A DNA stretch of 60,137 nt. Source: an uncultured Verrucomicrobia subdivision 3 bacterium (GTDB lineage Bacteria > Verrucomicrobiota > Verrucomicrobiia > Limisphaerales > UBA11358). The notes below the pieces were generated by a model. It did no database searches and was not told the DNA's origin. It saw only the letters and a list, made by a program, of their open reading frames with translations. Positions 1-9,457 of this stretch are shown piece after piece; the stretch's first letter is position 1, and each line of letters opens with the position of its first letter. The stretch lies in NCBI GenBank assembly GCA_903833055.1, contig CAILDU010000048.1, positions 1-60,137 on the forward strand, given 5' to 3'. A program made the translations under genes and the position numbers.

Positions 1-60
1 CCGGTCGGGCTTCGCCCTCCCTCCACTGGGAATGGACAAAGAAACAACGAAAACATAAAC

Positions 61-372
61 TCAAACCAGTGCTTGGACTAACACCCAACATGGTCCAGAA
101 AGTCGAGCCCGGTCAAGGCCTTTGCAGTGAGGACAGATGGCGATGATTGGCAGACTCAATTCATGCTCGCGAACTTTCGCCAGCATCTCGCCAATGCCGA
201 GGCCGGTGATGAGCCCAGAAACGCCCTCCTTGCCACAGGCCGCGCCGAGGTGAGTGAGCAGGTAAGCCGCGCCAATGCGCCAGTCCACCCAAAAGAAAAT
301 AACGACTGCCAGTGCTTCACACACCAGCATCGTGACGATGCTAAATAACGATTGTGCAATTTGTTTTTTCAT
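61..372 (-). CDS. hypothetical small membrane protein
   Basis: 103-aa ORF. It is the last gene of a minus-strand string of three ORFs (1258 to 61). The N-terminus is hydrophobic (SLFSIVTMLVCEALAVVIFFWV). No family recognised. Confidence 0.35.
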   Translation of the reverse strand: MKKQIAQSLFSIVTMLVCEALAVVIFFWVDWRIGAAYLLTHLGAACGKEGVSGLITGLGIGEMLAKVREHELSLPIIAICPHCKGLDRARLSGPCWVLVQALV

Positions 373-425
373 TCAGAATTTTTTGTTAATTGCTATGGGG
401 TGTTATCCTGATACGGCAAAAAAAA

Positions 426-1072
<647 letters not shown>

Positions 1073-1076
<4 letters not shown>

Positions 1077-1258
1077 TGTGTGCCTGCCTTTCGTTCTTGG
1101 TGGTTTTGGTTGAGTAACGAAACCGCCGTCTCGATGACGTTTTTTTTGGTTCCGTAAATTTTTTTGAGGCGGCGAAGATTGCCGCGTGTGGAGTTGGAAA
1201 ACTCGAAAGTCTCCTTTGTCCGATTGGTTTTTGCGTCAGCCATATTCAGAGAATACAT
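1073..1258 (-). CDS. small putative ribbon-helix-helix-like DNA-binding protein
   Basis: 61-aa ORF; the start may instead be the MADAK Met at 1243. It shows a strand-helix-helix pattern (ETFEFS / TRGNLRRLKKIYG / KKNVIETAVSLL). It is divergent from ORF 1323..1535. Confidence 0.4.
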
Positions 1259-1317
1259 GAATACAGAAACAGAGCAAGCGGAAACTTTACAAATACAGGT
1301 TTAGCTGTACTGTATTC
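1251..1317. promoter_or_regulatory. cluster of GAATACA motifs in a divergent intergenic region (candidate operator set)
   Basis: GAATACA at 1251-1257 and 1259-1265, AAATACA at 1291-1297, and the inverted TGTATTC at 1311-1317. TACAG-N6-CTGTA lies at 1294-1309. Confidence 0.3.
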
Positions 1318-1322
1318 ACATC

Positions 1323-1535
1323 ATGAATCCTCAAGTTGTCACATTTAGACCAACCGGAAAAAACACGAATCGCGTTTTACTCGCGAAAACATTGGGCATT
1401 AATATGTCCGAAGTGATGAATGAACTAATGGAGAAGTATGGCGACGCCGAACTAAAGAAGCGGACTGCTCAACTGCAAAAGCAAATGGAGCGAGCGAAGG
1501 GATTTGAACCCTCGACGTTCACGTTGGCAACGTGA
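1323..1535 (+). CDS. small putative ribbon-helix-helix-like protein whose 3' end runs into the tRNA-Gly gene
   Basis: 70-aa ORF with a strand-helix-helix pattern (VVTFRP / TNRVLLAKTLG / MSEVMNELMEKYG). The last 50 nt overlap the antisense strand of the tRNA 3' half. Confidence 0.4.
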   Translation: MNPQVVTFRPTGKNTNRVLLAKTLGINMSEVMNELMEKYGDAELKKRTAQLQKQMERAKGFEPSTFTLAT

Positions 1536-1561
1536 TGCTCTACCAACTGAGCTACGCTCGC
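1486..1561 (-). tRNA. tRNA-Gly (anticodon GCC)
   Basis: 76-nt cloverleaf. Acceptor GCGAGCG/CGCTCGC, D-stem GCTC/GAGC, anticodon stem TCACG/CGTGA with loop TTGCCAA, T-loop TTCAAAT, and an encoded 3' CCA. Confidence 0.93.
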
Positions 1562-1619
1562 ATCCAAAGGTCTGTGAATCATAAGCCAACCGCTGCTGCT
1601 GGCAAGCCTGAATTTTTCG

Positions 1620-2102
1620 TTACTTGACGCTTTCGCCCAGCGTTGCGCGAATGACCTTCAACAGATAGTCGTGTTCCAGCGGCTTTTGAAAATATGCCAC
1701 CGCGCCCGTGTTGGTGGCGCGTTGTTTAGCCCCAGGATCGTCGGTGCCGGTGATGACGATAATGGGAATTTTCTTCACGTTATCCAGCCGGTGAAACCAT
1801 TCCATGATGCGAAAGCCATCCCACGGCACGCCGTCCACATCCGGCGGAAAACTCAAGTCCAGCAGAATCAAATCCGGCGCCTCTTTCCGAGCGGTTGACA
1901 CGGCGGTCGAACCGTCCATGGCCGTCAACACCTGATAACCTGCGCCTTGCAGCTTCAGGGAAATGGTCTTGATGACGATTTCGTTATCGTCCACCACCAA
2001 GATTTTTTTGGGCTGTCCGCCAGTGTTCATAAATGTGTTGCTAAAGAATCCTCTGAAACTTCGCACCGAACCTAACAAAGCGCCTGTCTGGCGCAAAGAC
2101 AT
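1620..2102 (-). CDS. single-domain response regulator (CheY-like receiver)
   Basis: KKILVVDDNEIV...DLILLDLSFP...PIIVITG...YFQKP receiver signature. The real start is probably the internal Met at 2030 (MNTGGQPKK). Confidence 0.85.
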   Translation of the reverse strand: MSLRQTGALLGSVRSFRGFFSNTFMNTGGQPKKILVVDDNEIVIKTISLKLQGAGYQVLTAMDGSTAVSTARKEAPDLILLDLSFPPDVDGVPWDGFRIMEWFHRLDNVKKIPIIVITGTDDPGAKQRATNTGAVAYFQKPLEHDYLLKVIRATLGESVK

Positions 2103-2145
2103 TTCTCGGCTTTGCCATGCGCGCCGTCGCCGCTAGAATGTCCGC

Positions 2146-2907
2146 GTGAGCAACGCTTATTACGCCCCCGGCGACCAGCGCGCCGCGAAGGTCAACGACC
2201 TCTTCGCCCGCATCGCCCGCCGCTACGATTTTCTGAACGACCTGCAAAGTTTCGGTTTGCACCGACTTTGGAAACGTCGCGTCGTCCAACTCGCGCAAAT
2301 TAAAAATGGCGACCGCGCGCTCGATTTATGCTGTGGCACAGGTGACATTTCTTTCGCCCTCGCGCGCGCTGGCGCGGCAACCACCGGCCTCGATTTCAGC
2401 GCACAGATGTTGGAAGTCGCCGCAAATAGAAGCCAGAAGTCAGAAGTCAGAAGTCAGAATAAAAATCCGCAATCCACAATCCGCAATCCGCAATTCATCC
2501 AAGGCGACGCGCAGCAGCTTCCGTTTTCGGAAAATTCCTTTGACGTTGTCACCGTCGGTTACGGTTTACGAAATCTTACAAGTTGGGAATGCGGCTTGGA
2601 CGAAATGTTTCGCGTCGCCAAACCCGGCGCACGGCTGATTGTTTTGGATTTTGGGAAACCGGCGAACGCGCTCTGGCGGCAAATTTATTTTACCCATTTG
2701 AAAATGTCCGTGCCGCTGATGGGTTGGTTGTTTTGCGGCGACGCCTCGGCTTACGCCTACATTTTGGAATCGCTCAAACATTATCCCGCGCAACTTGCCG
2801 TCGCCGAAAAAATGCACGCGTTAAAATTGCAAGATGTCCGCGTCATCAATTTGCTCGGCGGCGCAATGGCTATCAATTACGGCGTCAAGCCCGGACGCGC
2901 CGCGTAG
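2146..2907 (+). CDS. ubiE: demethylmenaquinone/ubiquinone C-methyltransferase
   Basis: YDFLNDLQSFGLHRLWKR, the SAM motif LDLCCGTGD, GDAQQLPF and GYGLRN are typical UbiE/MenG blocks. The gene carries an extra loop encoded by heptamer repeats. Confidence 0.9.
   Translation: MSNAYYAPGDQRAAKVNDLFARIARRYDFLNDLQSFGLHRLWKRRVVQLAQIKNGDRALDLCCGTGDISFALARAGAATTGLDFSAQMLEVAANRSQKSEVRSQNKNPQSTIRNPQFIQGDAQQLPFSENSFDVVTVGYGLRNLTSWECGLDEMFRVAKPGARLIVLDFGKPANALWRQIYFTHLKMSVPLMGWLFCGDASAYAYILESLKHYPAQLAVAEKMHALKLQDVRVINLLGGAMAINYGVKPGRAA
2434..2491. repeat. two adjacent heptanucleotide micro-arrays: (CAGAAGT)x3.7 then (AATCCGC/AATCCAC)x4
   Basis: Read directly: CAGAAGT at 2434, 2441 and 2448, with a partial copy at 2455. 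AATCCGC at 2464, AATCCAC at 2471, AATCCGC at 2478 and 2485. In frame inside ubiE (SQKSEVRSQNKNPQSTIRNPQ). Confidence 0.95.
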
Positions 2908-3749
2908 CCGCGCACGAAGCCGACGAACGAAGCCGCGTCGGTGACGCTGTTCTTCCAATTGTATTCGTATTCGATGGAGACATTGCCGGTGAAATTTTGG
3001 CGCTTCAATTCATCAATTACACCTGCGAGATCGCAGTAGCCAGTGCCAGCGGGAACGTCGTGCGCGGTGGGCGAAACTTCATTCATCTCATGCAGGTGAA
3101 CACTGATGATGCGCCCCGACAAAATTTTTAGGCAATCAACCGGCTTCAAACCGGACTGAACCCAATGGCCGATGTCCGCGCACGCACCAATGCGCGTATC
3201 GCGATTTTTGACAACGCTCAAAACGTAATTGGGATCCCACATTTTGTAGTCGGGTTTGTTCGGTTGGTGCTGATGGTCGTGAAAGCCCACGCGAATGTCA
3301 TATTCCTTGACCAGTTTCTCAATCGTGTCCAGCGCATCTACTGATTCGGTGGTGATGCCGTAAAGCTGAAATTTTTTGGCGAACTCAAAAATTTTCCGCG
3401 CGCCAGCCTCGTCCTTCGGAATGCTCACGACGCCGTAATTCACCGCGCGGATGTCGCGCAATTTCAATTGCGCCTGCACCGCCGCGATCATTTCATCGGT
3501 GGCGTTATGGTCGAATTTCAAATCCGGTTTTTCCGCGCTGAATTTTTGGCCGGGATAAAATTCAATGACCTTGCCGCCGGCCGCCGCCGTCTTGTCAATC
3601 GCCTCCATGACCGAAAACTCCTTAAACGTCCACGCCTGACAACCGAGCGCGAGGCCGCCGGTCAGACAGTTGGTCGGAATGGGGGTGGCGGATACGGCGA
3701 ACCCCGCGAAACAAAGCGCGGCGAGCAGTTGGGTGAGTTTGATTTTCAT
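2877..3749 (-). CDS. secreted sugar-phosphate isomerase/epimerase (xylose-isomerase-like TIM barrel)
   Basis: Signal peptide MKIKLTQLLAALCFAGFAVSA from the ATG at 3749, and TIM-barrel-like blocks (VGFHDH, CADIGHW, SVHLHE, SIEYE). The longer ORF to 3881 has no sensible N-terminus. Confidence 0.8.
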   Translation of the reverse strand: MKIKLTQLLAALCFAGFAVSATPIPTNCLTGGLALGCQAWTFKEFSVMEAIDKTAAAGGKVIEFYPGQKFSAEKPDLKFDHNATDEMIAAVQAQLKLRDIRAVNYGVVSIPKDEAGARKIFEFAKKFQLYGITTESVDALDTIEKLVKEYDIRVGFHDHQHQPNKPDYKMWDPNYVLSVVKNRDTRIGACADIGHWVQSGLKPVDCLKILSGRIISVHLHEMNEVSPTAHDVPAGTGYCDLAGVIDELKRQNFTGNVSIEYEYNWKNSVTDAASFVGFVRGYAARPGLTP

Positions 3750-3862
3750 ACGGTGATTTTTTATGGACGTAATTTTGAAGACGGATGCGGCAACGCCCCG
3801 TCTGGTGATAAGGAAATAGTTACCTACGTTCACAATTTTCACCAGCGCGAATCGCCACGGCC

Positions 3863-3884
3863 GCATTGGCCAGATGGCCAATGC
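3863..3884. promoter_or_regulatory. perfect 10-2-10 palindrome in a divergent promoter region (candidate operator)
   Basis: GCATTGGCCA-GA-TGGCCAATGC between the minus-strand isomerase start (3749) and the plus-strand oxidoreductase start (3931). Confidence 0.3.
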
Positions 3885-3930
3885 AAAACGGCTTCAAATT
3901 GATTTGATTTTTCCTATCCGCTGTTAGAAT

Positions 3931-5433
3931 TTGCTAACCATGAAATCTTCCAAGCAAACTCTCTCGCCGCATTGGAACCGCCGCAATTTTCTTAAGTCCG
4001 CCACGCTCGCTAGCGGTGCGGTCGTGTTCGGAGTTCCGACGCTACTGCGCGGTGCGAACCTGAACAGCAAATTGAACATCGCGAGCATCGGCGCGATGGG
4101 CAAAGGCCAGACCGATACTGACCATTGCGCCTCCGAGAACATCGTGGCGTTGTGCGACGTGGACTCAGCCCGCTGCGCCCCCCAGCTGAAGAAGTATCCG
4201 AGCGCAAAATTTTACCAGGATTTCCGCAAGATGTTTGATGAGATGGGCAAGGGCATTGACGCCGTGACCGTTTCCACGCCGGATCATTTCCACGCCATCG
4301 CGGAATCAGCCGCGATGCAATTGGGCAAACATGTCTATGGCCAGAAGCCGCTGACGCAGACGATTTATGAGGCGCGCTATCTGCGAGACCTTGCGCACAA
4401 AACTGGTGTTGTCACGCAGATGGGCAACCAAGGCAGCGCAGCGGATGGTCTGCGGCGTGCGGTGGAATGTGTTCACGCGGGCATCATCGGCCAGGTGCGA
4501 GAAGTTTATGTCTGGACCAACCGCCCGGTCTGGCCACAAGGCATGGACCGACCCGATGGCAGCGATCCGGTGCCGGAAACTTTGGACTGGGACATCTGGC
4601 TTGGACCCGCGCCGGTGCGGCCTTACAAAAAAGGCATTTATAATCCGTTCAATTGGCGTGGCTGGCAGGATTTCGGCACGGGCGCGCTTGGCGACATGGC
4701 GTGCCACACGGTGAACATGCCGTTCCGCTCGCTCGGGCTTGGCTACCCGACGGAAATTGAGGGAACCGCGCTCACGGGTATGAATAAAGAAACGTATCCG
4801 CTGGGCTCAAAAATTCGTTTTGAATTTCCCGCCCGAAAAATTTCCGTGCCCGCCGCGCATAAAAACTTTTTCCACCGGCACGACACGCTGGCTTTTAATC
4901 CGGTCACGCTGTGGTGGCTGGACGGCGGCCAGCCGGATGCGAAAGCGCCGAACGGCCACGATTTTAGCAACAAACCGCCGCGTGAATTGACCGCTGACAT
5001 TGAGGAGATGCTTGGCGAAGTTCCGAAAAGCGCCTGCCTGCTCATCGGCGACAAAGGCAAAATCTTTTCGCCGGACGATTACGGTGAACAATTTTTCATC
5101 CGGCTCAACGACGAAAAAAAATACCGGCATTACAAAAAGCACGAGGCCATCGCCGCGATTCCCGAATCCATCCCGCGCAATCCGCACAAGGGCGACAACG
5201 ACCATCGCCAACATCTCGAATGGATTGCGGCCATCAAGGCCGGAAAGCCGGACATGTGCTACTCGAAATTTTCCGTCGGCGCGCAACTTACGGAAATCAT
5301 GCTGCTCGGCTGCGTCGCCTTGCGCGCGGGGCAGAAGATTGAATGGGACGGCCCGAATATGCGCGCCACCAACTGCCCGGAGGCTGCACAGTTCGTCAAA
5401 CGCGAAAATCGCTCCGGCTGGGTTTTGTCGTAA
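3931..5433 (+). CDS. Gfo/Idh/MocA-family oxidoreductase with a twin-arginine signal
   Basis: Tat motif NRRNFLKSATLASGA, Rossmann block LNIASIGAMGKG, and TPDHFH..A..A...GKHVY.QKPL typical of the family. Confidence 0.9.
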   Translation: MLTMKSSKQTLSPHWNRRNFLKSATLASGAVVFGVPTLLRGANLNSKLNIASIGAMGKGQTDTDHCASENIVALCDVDSARCAPQLKKYPSAKFYQDFRKMFDEMGKGIDAVTVSTPDHFHAIAESAAMQLGKHVYGQKPLTQTIYEARYLRDLAHKTGVVTQMGNQGSAADGLRRAVECVHAGIIGQVREVYVWTNRPVWPQGMDRPDGSDPVPETLDWDIWLGPAPVRPYKKGIYNPFNWRGWQDFGTGALGDMACHTVNMPFRSLGLGYPTEIEGTALTGMNKETYPLGSKIRFEFPARKISVPAAHKNFFHRHDTLAFNPVTLWWLDGGQPDAKAPNGHDFSNKPPRELTADIEEMLGEVPKSACLLIGDKGKIFSPDDYGEQFFIRLNDEKKYRHYKKHEAIAAIPESIPRNPHKGDNDHRQHLEWIAAIKAGKPDMCYSKFSVGAQLTEIMLLGCVALRAGQKIEWDGPNMRATNCPEAAQFVKRENRSGWVLS

Positions 5434-5472
5434 AAAAATTGCCGGCGTAAAAAATTACGCCGGCAATTTTCA
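5432..5472. terminator. bidirectional rho-independent terminator
   Basis: 14-bp perfect stem AATTGCCGGCGTAA / TTACGCCGGCAATT with loop AAAA. It is flanked by an A-run and a T-run and lies between convergent genes. Confidence 0.7.
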
Positions 5473-5492
5473 ATTTTATTTCTGCGCGCCGC

Positions 5493-8400
5493 TTAGCTTG
5501 CGCGCGCGTAATTTTCAATCGGCTCCGCGCCAATCGTTCCGATGAGCGTCTTCGGATAATTAGCCGACTCGACTGCTTCTAAAGTTTTCCGAGCCTGCGT
5601 GAGCCGTTCCGCGATGCCGAGTTTTTCCGAAACGTCCGTGTAATTCGGGCGGCGCAAAAACTGGTTCAGACATTCAACGTGGCGCTTCCACAGGTTGCGA
5701 TCCACTTTTTGTTTCGCCGCCAAACGCGCCGCATACCACGGACTCGCCAGCAGATTTTCGCGCGTAAAAAGTTTCCGCACGTCCGCATGGTCGAGATGTT
5801 TTCCCTCCCACTCGTCGTTGAGCATGATGTGCAGCAACGCCTGCAACGGCGGACACGCCTGCGCGATACTGCCATCGTCAAAATACATTTTTGCGACGCG
5901 CTTCTGCGTGGTCACGATGTTATCCATGCCGTCTACAAAAATGTCTTTGCCCTGCAATTCCGGCTTGAGCATCGCCTCGGTGAACACCGCTTGCGGATGA
6001 TTGAACACGCGGCCGAAAAAGTTGTGCACGAAGCGCGCGTTGATGCGCCAGCCGAGCCGGCTTGCCAAAACTTTTTTGCCGTCGTGCTCGAAGTCGGCGC
6101 ACTTCTCGAGGAATCGGTTCGCGATAAGAAATTTCGGATCGCGTTCCTCGGCGGAAAGACGACACCAGATTTCCGGCACGATCAAACTCACGTCGTGATC
6201 CACGCGCAAATTCGGCCCGACGTAACCGGCGGCGGTGACGAACGCATTTTGTCCCGTGAGAATAAATGAAACGAGCGCGTTGTTCAGATCAATAATCGGC
6301 GGCAGCGCGTTGAACGGCCCTTTCGTCAGCGCGCCTTCGGAACCCGCGCCGGTGGTCGAAGGCGATTTGCCCGTCATGCTGCAAATGACTTCCATGAATA
6401 ATTCCGGCAGTTCAAAAAAGTGAATCGGATTGTAACACGCGAGCGCGCGGATGCCGGTTTCCGGCGGATTATTGCGACGACCCGGCAACACGGCGGTGAC
6501 CGGCGTGTATAACGGTTTTTCCGGCGGCACGCGGCGGCGCAGGCGCGCGGAAATTTCCGCCAGATACGTTTCGCTCGCGCGCACGAGGTCGGGACGCTTT
6601 TGCAAATAACGCGGATTTTTCGTCGGCTTGCCGTCCACGATGCGCGGGTTGGCGGTGCAGACAAAATAATCCGGCGTGCCGGTCGCCGCGACTTCGCCGA
6701 CAAATTTTTGCATTGGCGCGGTGAACTGATGGAAGCCGAGCGCGTCCTCAACCATGTCGCGCGCGTTCGCGGGCGTGAGCGGCTCGTAGTTGGAAAAGAA
6801 ATTTTCCGGCTGCACGAAATCAATTTCCGCCTGTTTGTCGTAGCCGCGATGAATCGCGTCGTCAGGACGCTGGAACAAACGTTGTTCGCAGTTCAGGGCA
6901 AACTTGAGTGAGTGATTTTTATCAATGTCGGCGGGCAAATCTTTCAGCAAACCCGGCGGCACGACCGTGGACGCGGTGATGTCGTCTTCCATCTGCACTT
7001 TGACGGCGGGATGAAAATCTTTGCGCAAACCAAACGTGCGCCACGCGCCGTCGCCGTCAAAACCGACGCGCAAATAAGTCGTGACGAGTTTTTTATTGTC
7101 GCATTTGAGTTCGTTGCCGGGCGTGCCGTTGATGATGTCTACGGCGAAATGTTCGCGCCAGTCGGCGCCCCATTCCGGCTTGTAATAACGCTTCACAACG
7201 AAGACGAGTTCCTTGACGTGCTGCGGCACGCCCGTGAGCCACGCATTATATTCCGGCGTGTAATCGTGTTCGTCCGGCGTGAGTAATTTGATGACGGAAC
7301 CAAGCGAGCGTTCAGGCGAAAGAATCGTGCGCGCGTCGGCGTGCGATTTTTCGACGAAACGATTGGAGTAATCGCGGTCAATCAACTCAGCCACGCGATC
7401 GAAATCATTTTTCATGTCCGACACAAACACGGGGCCGGTCAAAATGGCGTCGGTAATCGGCTTGGAAATTTCTGATTTGCCGCCGCCGGAAACCGTGCAG
7501 GGCTTGTGGCAATAAGTTCCTTCGGCGACCGTTCCGACCAATCGCCATTGGCGCCCGGCGCCCGGCGGTTTTTCCATGCGGACTTTGTAGCCGGACGGAC
7601 GGACGTAAGTTTTTTCCGGCGAAAGTTTGATGGCGTGATCGCCCATCGTGTTCGTCCAAGAAACTTTTTGCGACTTCAGATCAAAATTTGCGTCGTGCGG
7701 GACGTAGAGAATTTCCGGAAATTTTTTATCCACCGCGTAACCTTCCGGCTTCGCGTCCATCGCGCTGGCGAATTGCGAAATCATTTCCTCATAACGATGG
7801 CCGAGCTGGCGGACGTGCGCTTCGCCGCTGAATTCTTCGCCCAAATCGTAGCTCTGGAAAACCAGCGCGCCGCCCGCGTGTTCTTCTTCCGCGAGACCGA
7901 ACAAGTTGGCCGCGTAGCTCAATTGCGTCTTCACTTCTTTTTTACAGTAGCCAAAATAGTTGTCGGCAATAATCGTAACAATGACACCGGTTTCGTCACG
8001 GCAGGTCAGCTTGAACGCGTTGCCGCCGTTGTAAAGTTCGTCTTCTTTTTTCCAGCACATTCCATCGCGGCGCTGGCGTTCGGTGGCGGCATCCCAACTC
8101 GGCAAACCGACAGATTTTTTGGTCAGCTTGATCAAATGCGGCGCGAGAATAATGCAGCCGGTGTGGCCGGTCCAATGTTCCGTGTCGAGCGCGGCGTCAT
8201 TTTCCGGCAGCAACGGATCGCCGCCGTTTTCAAAAATCGTTTCGACGAAATCCAAATTGCTCACGAGATTGCCCGGCACGAAGAAGCGGACTTCCATCGT
8301 TTTCTTTTTGGTGAAGCCCGGAACTTCGGGACACACGAGCGGGCGGATGAGCAGGGTGACGAAACATTCCGCCGGCGACGGCTGCGTGGAGGTGAACGGT

Positions 8401-8909
8401 AGTTTTAATAATTCTTTCGGCGGCGTGAGTGCCTGCTGGAGAATTTTTGCGAACGTAATTTTTGGCACCCCAAGTTTGTCGTCAGGAATCGGCAAGCCGC
8501 CTTCGCAGACGTGAAAAATGCCGGCGGTCGTGCGGCGATCGCTTTTGGGATTGTGCAAAACACCTTGTTTGACGCGGTAAGAATTGATGATGTCGGAAGA
8601 AAAATCGTCGCGGTCAACTGGTAGCGAGAGCACGCGCGCGAGTCCGGCGCGGTCGAGCGTGAACGTGCGCGCGGGCAGCTTGGTCACCGGCGCATCTTGC
8701 AAATAGTCGTAGAGAAACGTCTGGATGCGCGCGTCGGCGGGGCAAAGGTGCTGGCCGAGCAGCCGGTCTTTCTCGCGCGATTGCGCGGCCATCGCGGCGG
8801 CGATCTCGACGAATTCCTTGTCGCCTTCGAGCGGCACGGGTGAGCAGCCGATGAGGGCGAGTTTGACGTTGATGTGCGCGATGAGATGTGCAGGCAACTG
8901 GCTGTTCAT
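5493..8909 (-). CDS. large conserved cytosolic protein; tentatively PPi-dependent phosphoenolpyruvate carboxykinase-like
   Basis: A single 1138-aa ORF with no signal peptide or TM segment. The size and general character match my recollection of the ~130-kDa PPi-PEPCK family. The functional call is from memory and is not verified. Confidence 0.5.
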   Translation of the reverse strand: MNSQLPAHLIAHINVKLALIGCSPVPLEGDKEFVEIAAAMAAQSREKDRLLGQHLCPADARIQTFLYDYLQDAPVTKLPARTFTLDRAGLARVLSLPVDRDDFSSDIINSYRVKQGVLHNPKSDRRTTAGIFHVCEGGLPIPDDKLGVPKITFAKILQQALTPPKELLKLPFTSTQPSPAECFVTLLIRPLVCPEVPGFTKKKTMEVRFFVPGNLVSNLDFVETIFENGGDPLLPENDAALDTEHWTGHTGCIILAPHLIKLTKKSVGLPSWDAATERQRRDGMCWKKEDELYNGGNAFKLTCRDETGVIVTIIADNYFGYCKKEVKTQLSYAANLFGLAEEEHAGGALVFQSYDLGEEFSGEAHVRQLGHRYEEMISQFASAMDAKPEGYAVDKKFPEILYVPHDANFDLKSQKVSWTNTMGDHAIKLSPEKTYVRPSGYKVRMEKPPGAGRQWRLVGTVAEGTYCHKPCTVSGGGKSEISKPITDAILTGPVFVSDMKNDFDRVAELIDRDYSNRFVEKSHADARTILSPERSLGSVIKLLTPDEHDYTPEYNAWLTGVPQHVKELVFVVKRYYKPEWGADWREHFAVDIINGTPGNELKCDNKKLVTTYLRVGFDGDGAWRTFGLRKDFHPAVKVQMEDDITASTVVPPGLLKDLPADIDKNHSLKFALNCEQRLFQRPDDAIHRGYDKQAEIDFVQPENFFSNYEPLTPANARDMVEDALGFHQFTAPMQKFVGEVAATGTPDYFVCTANPRIVDGKPTKNPRYLQKRPDLVRASETYLAEISARLRRRVPPEKPLYTPVTAVLPGRRNNPPETGIRALACYNPIHFFELPELFMEVICSMTGKSPSTTGAGSEGALTKGPFNALPPIIDLNNALVSFILTGQNAFVTAAGYVGPNLRVDHDVSLIVPEIWCRLSAEERDPKFLIANRFLEKCADFEHDGKKVLASRLGWRINARFVHNFFGRVFNHPQAVFTEAMLKPELQGKDIFVDGMDNIVTTQKRVAKMYFDDGSIAQACPPLQALLHIMLNDEWEGKHLDHADVRKLFTRENLLASPWYAARLAAKQKVDRNLWKRHVECLNQFLRRPNYTDVSEKLGIAERLTQARKTLEAVESANYPKTLIGTIGAEPIENYARAS

Positions 8910-9058
8910 GACAAATGAGATTTTTTCAGTCCGTCAGACCATCCGCCAGACCGAATCCTTTGCACCAAGTTTGCTGGCGGAAACGCCTTTGGCAACTTTT
9001 TTTTGCGCAACCGCTGGAGTTTGAGTCATTATTTTCTTAATTGACAAAAGGCTGTAGT

Positions 9059-9075
9059 GAATACAAATTGTATTC
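9059..9075. promoter_or_regulatory. palindrome GAATACA-AAT-TGTATTC abutting the higB start (candidate HigA operator)
   Basis: Perfect 7-3-7 inverted repeat ending 1 nt before the GTG start at 9076. TTGACA lies at 9041-9046 upstream. Confidence 0.4.
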
Positions 9076-9384
9076 GTGCGTATCATCAAAGAGATGTTTC
9101 TGGTGGAGATGGGAAGGAAGCATCCCAAAGCTGCCCGTTATTTGGAAGCATGGCGCACGGTTGTGAAGTCGGCGACGTGGCGAAATTTGGTGGAAGTGCG
9201 CCGGACCTATCCCGGCACGGATTCGGTGAAAATATCAAGCGGTCGTCAAGTGTTGGTGTTTAATGTTTGCGGCAATGACTACCGGCTTATTGTCGCGGTG
9301 CATTTCAACCGCCAGATTGTTTACACTTTGCGCTTTTTGACGCACGCGGAATACAGCAAAGACCGGTGGAAGGCTGAGTTGTAA
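9076..9384 (+). CDS. higB: type II toxin HigB-family mRNA interferase
   Basis: (M)RIIKE..HPKAARYLEAW...W.N..EV...YP..D......VFNVCGNDYRLIVAVHF....VYTLRFLTHAEY is the typical HigB-toxin pattern. The toxin precedes the antitoxin. Confidence 0.85.
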   Translation: MRIIKEMFLVEMGRKHPKAARYLEAWRTVVKSATWRNLVEVRRTYPGTDSVKISSGRQVLVFNVCGNDYRLIVAVHFNRQIVYTLRFLTHAEYSKDRWKAEL

Positions 9385-9457
9385 GACTGTGATAGGTTTG
9401 GAATTTGAAATCAACGCAAAATGAGATGTCTGGCGAGACTTAAACGCATTAAACATA

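Noticed and set aside
2877-2907. 31-nt convergent overlap of the ubiE and isomerase 3' ends
   Set aside because: This is an ordinary tail-to-tail overlap in a compact genome and has no additional structure.
8461-8478. TGGCAC-containing sequence as a sigma-54 promoter (also 13024 and 14994)
   Set aside because: The spacing to any TTGC-like -12 element is wrong, and all three sites lie inside coding regions. No convincing -24/-12 promoter was found by eye despite the NtrC-type activator.
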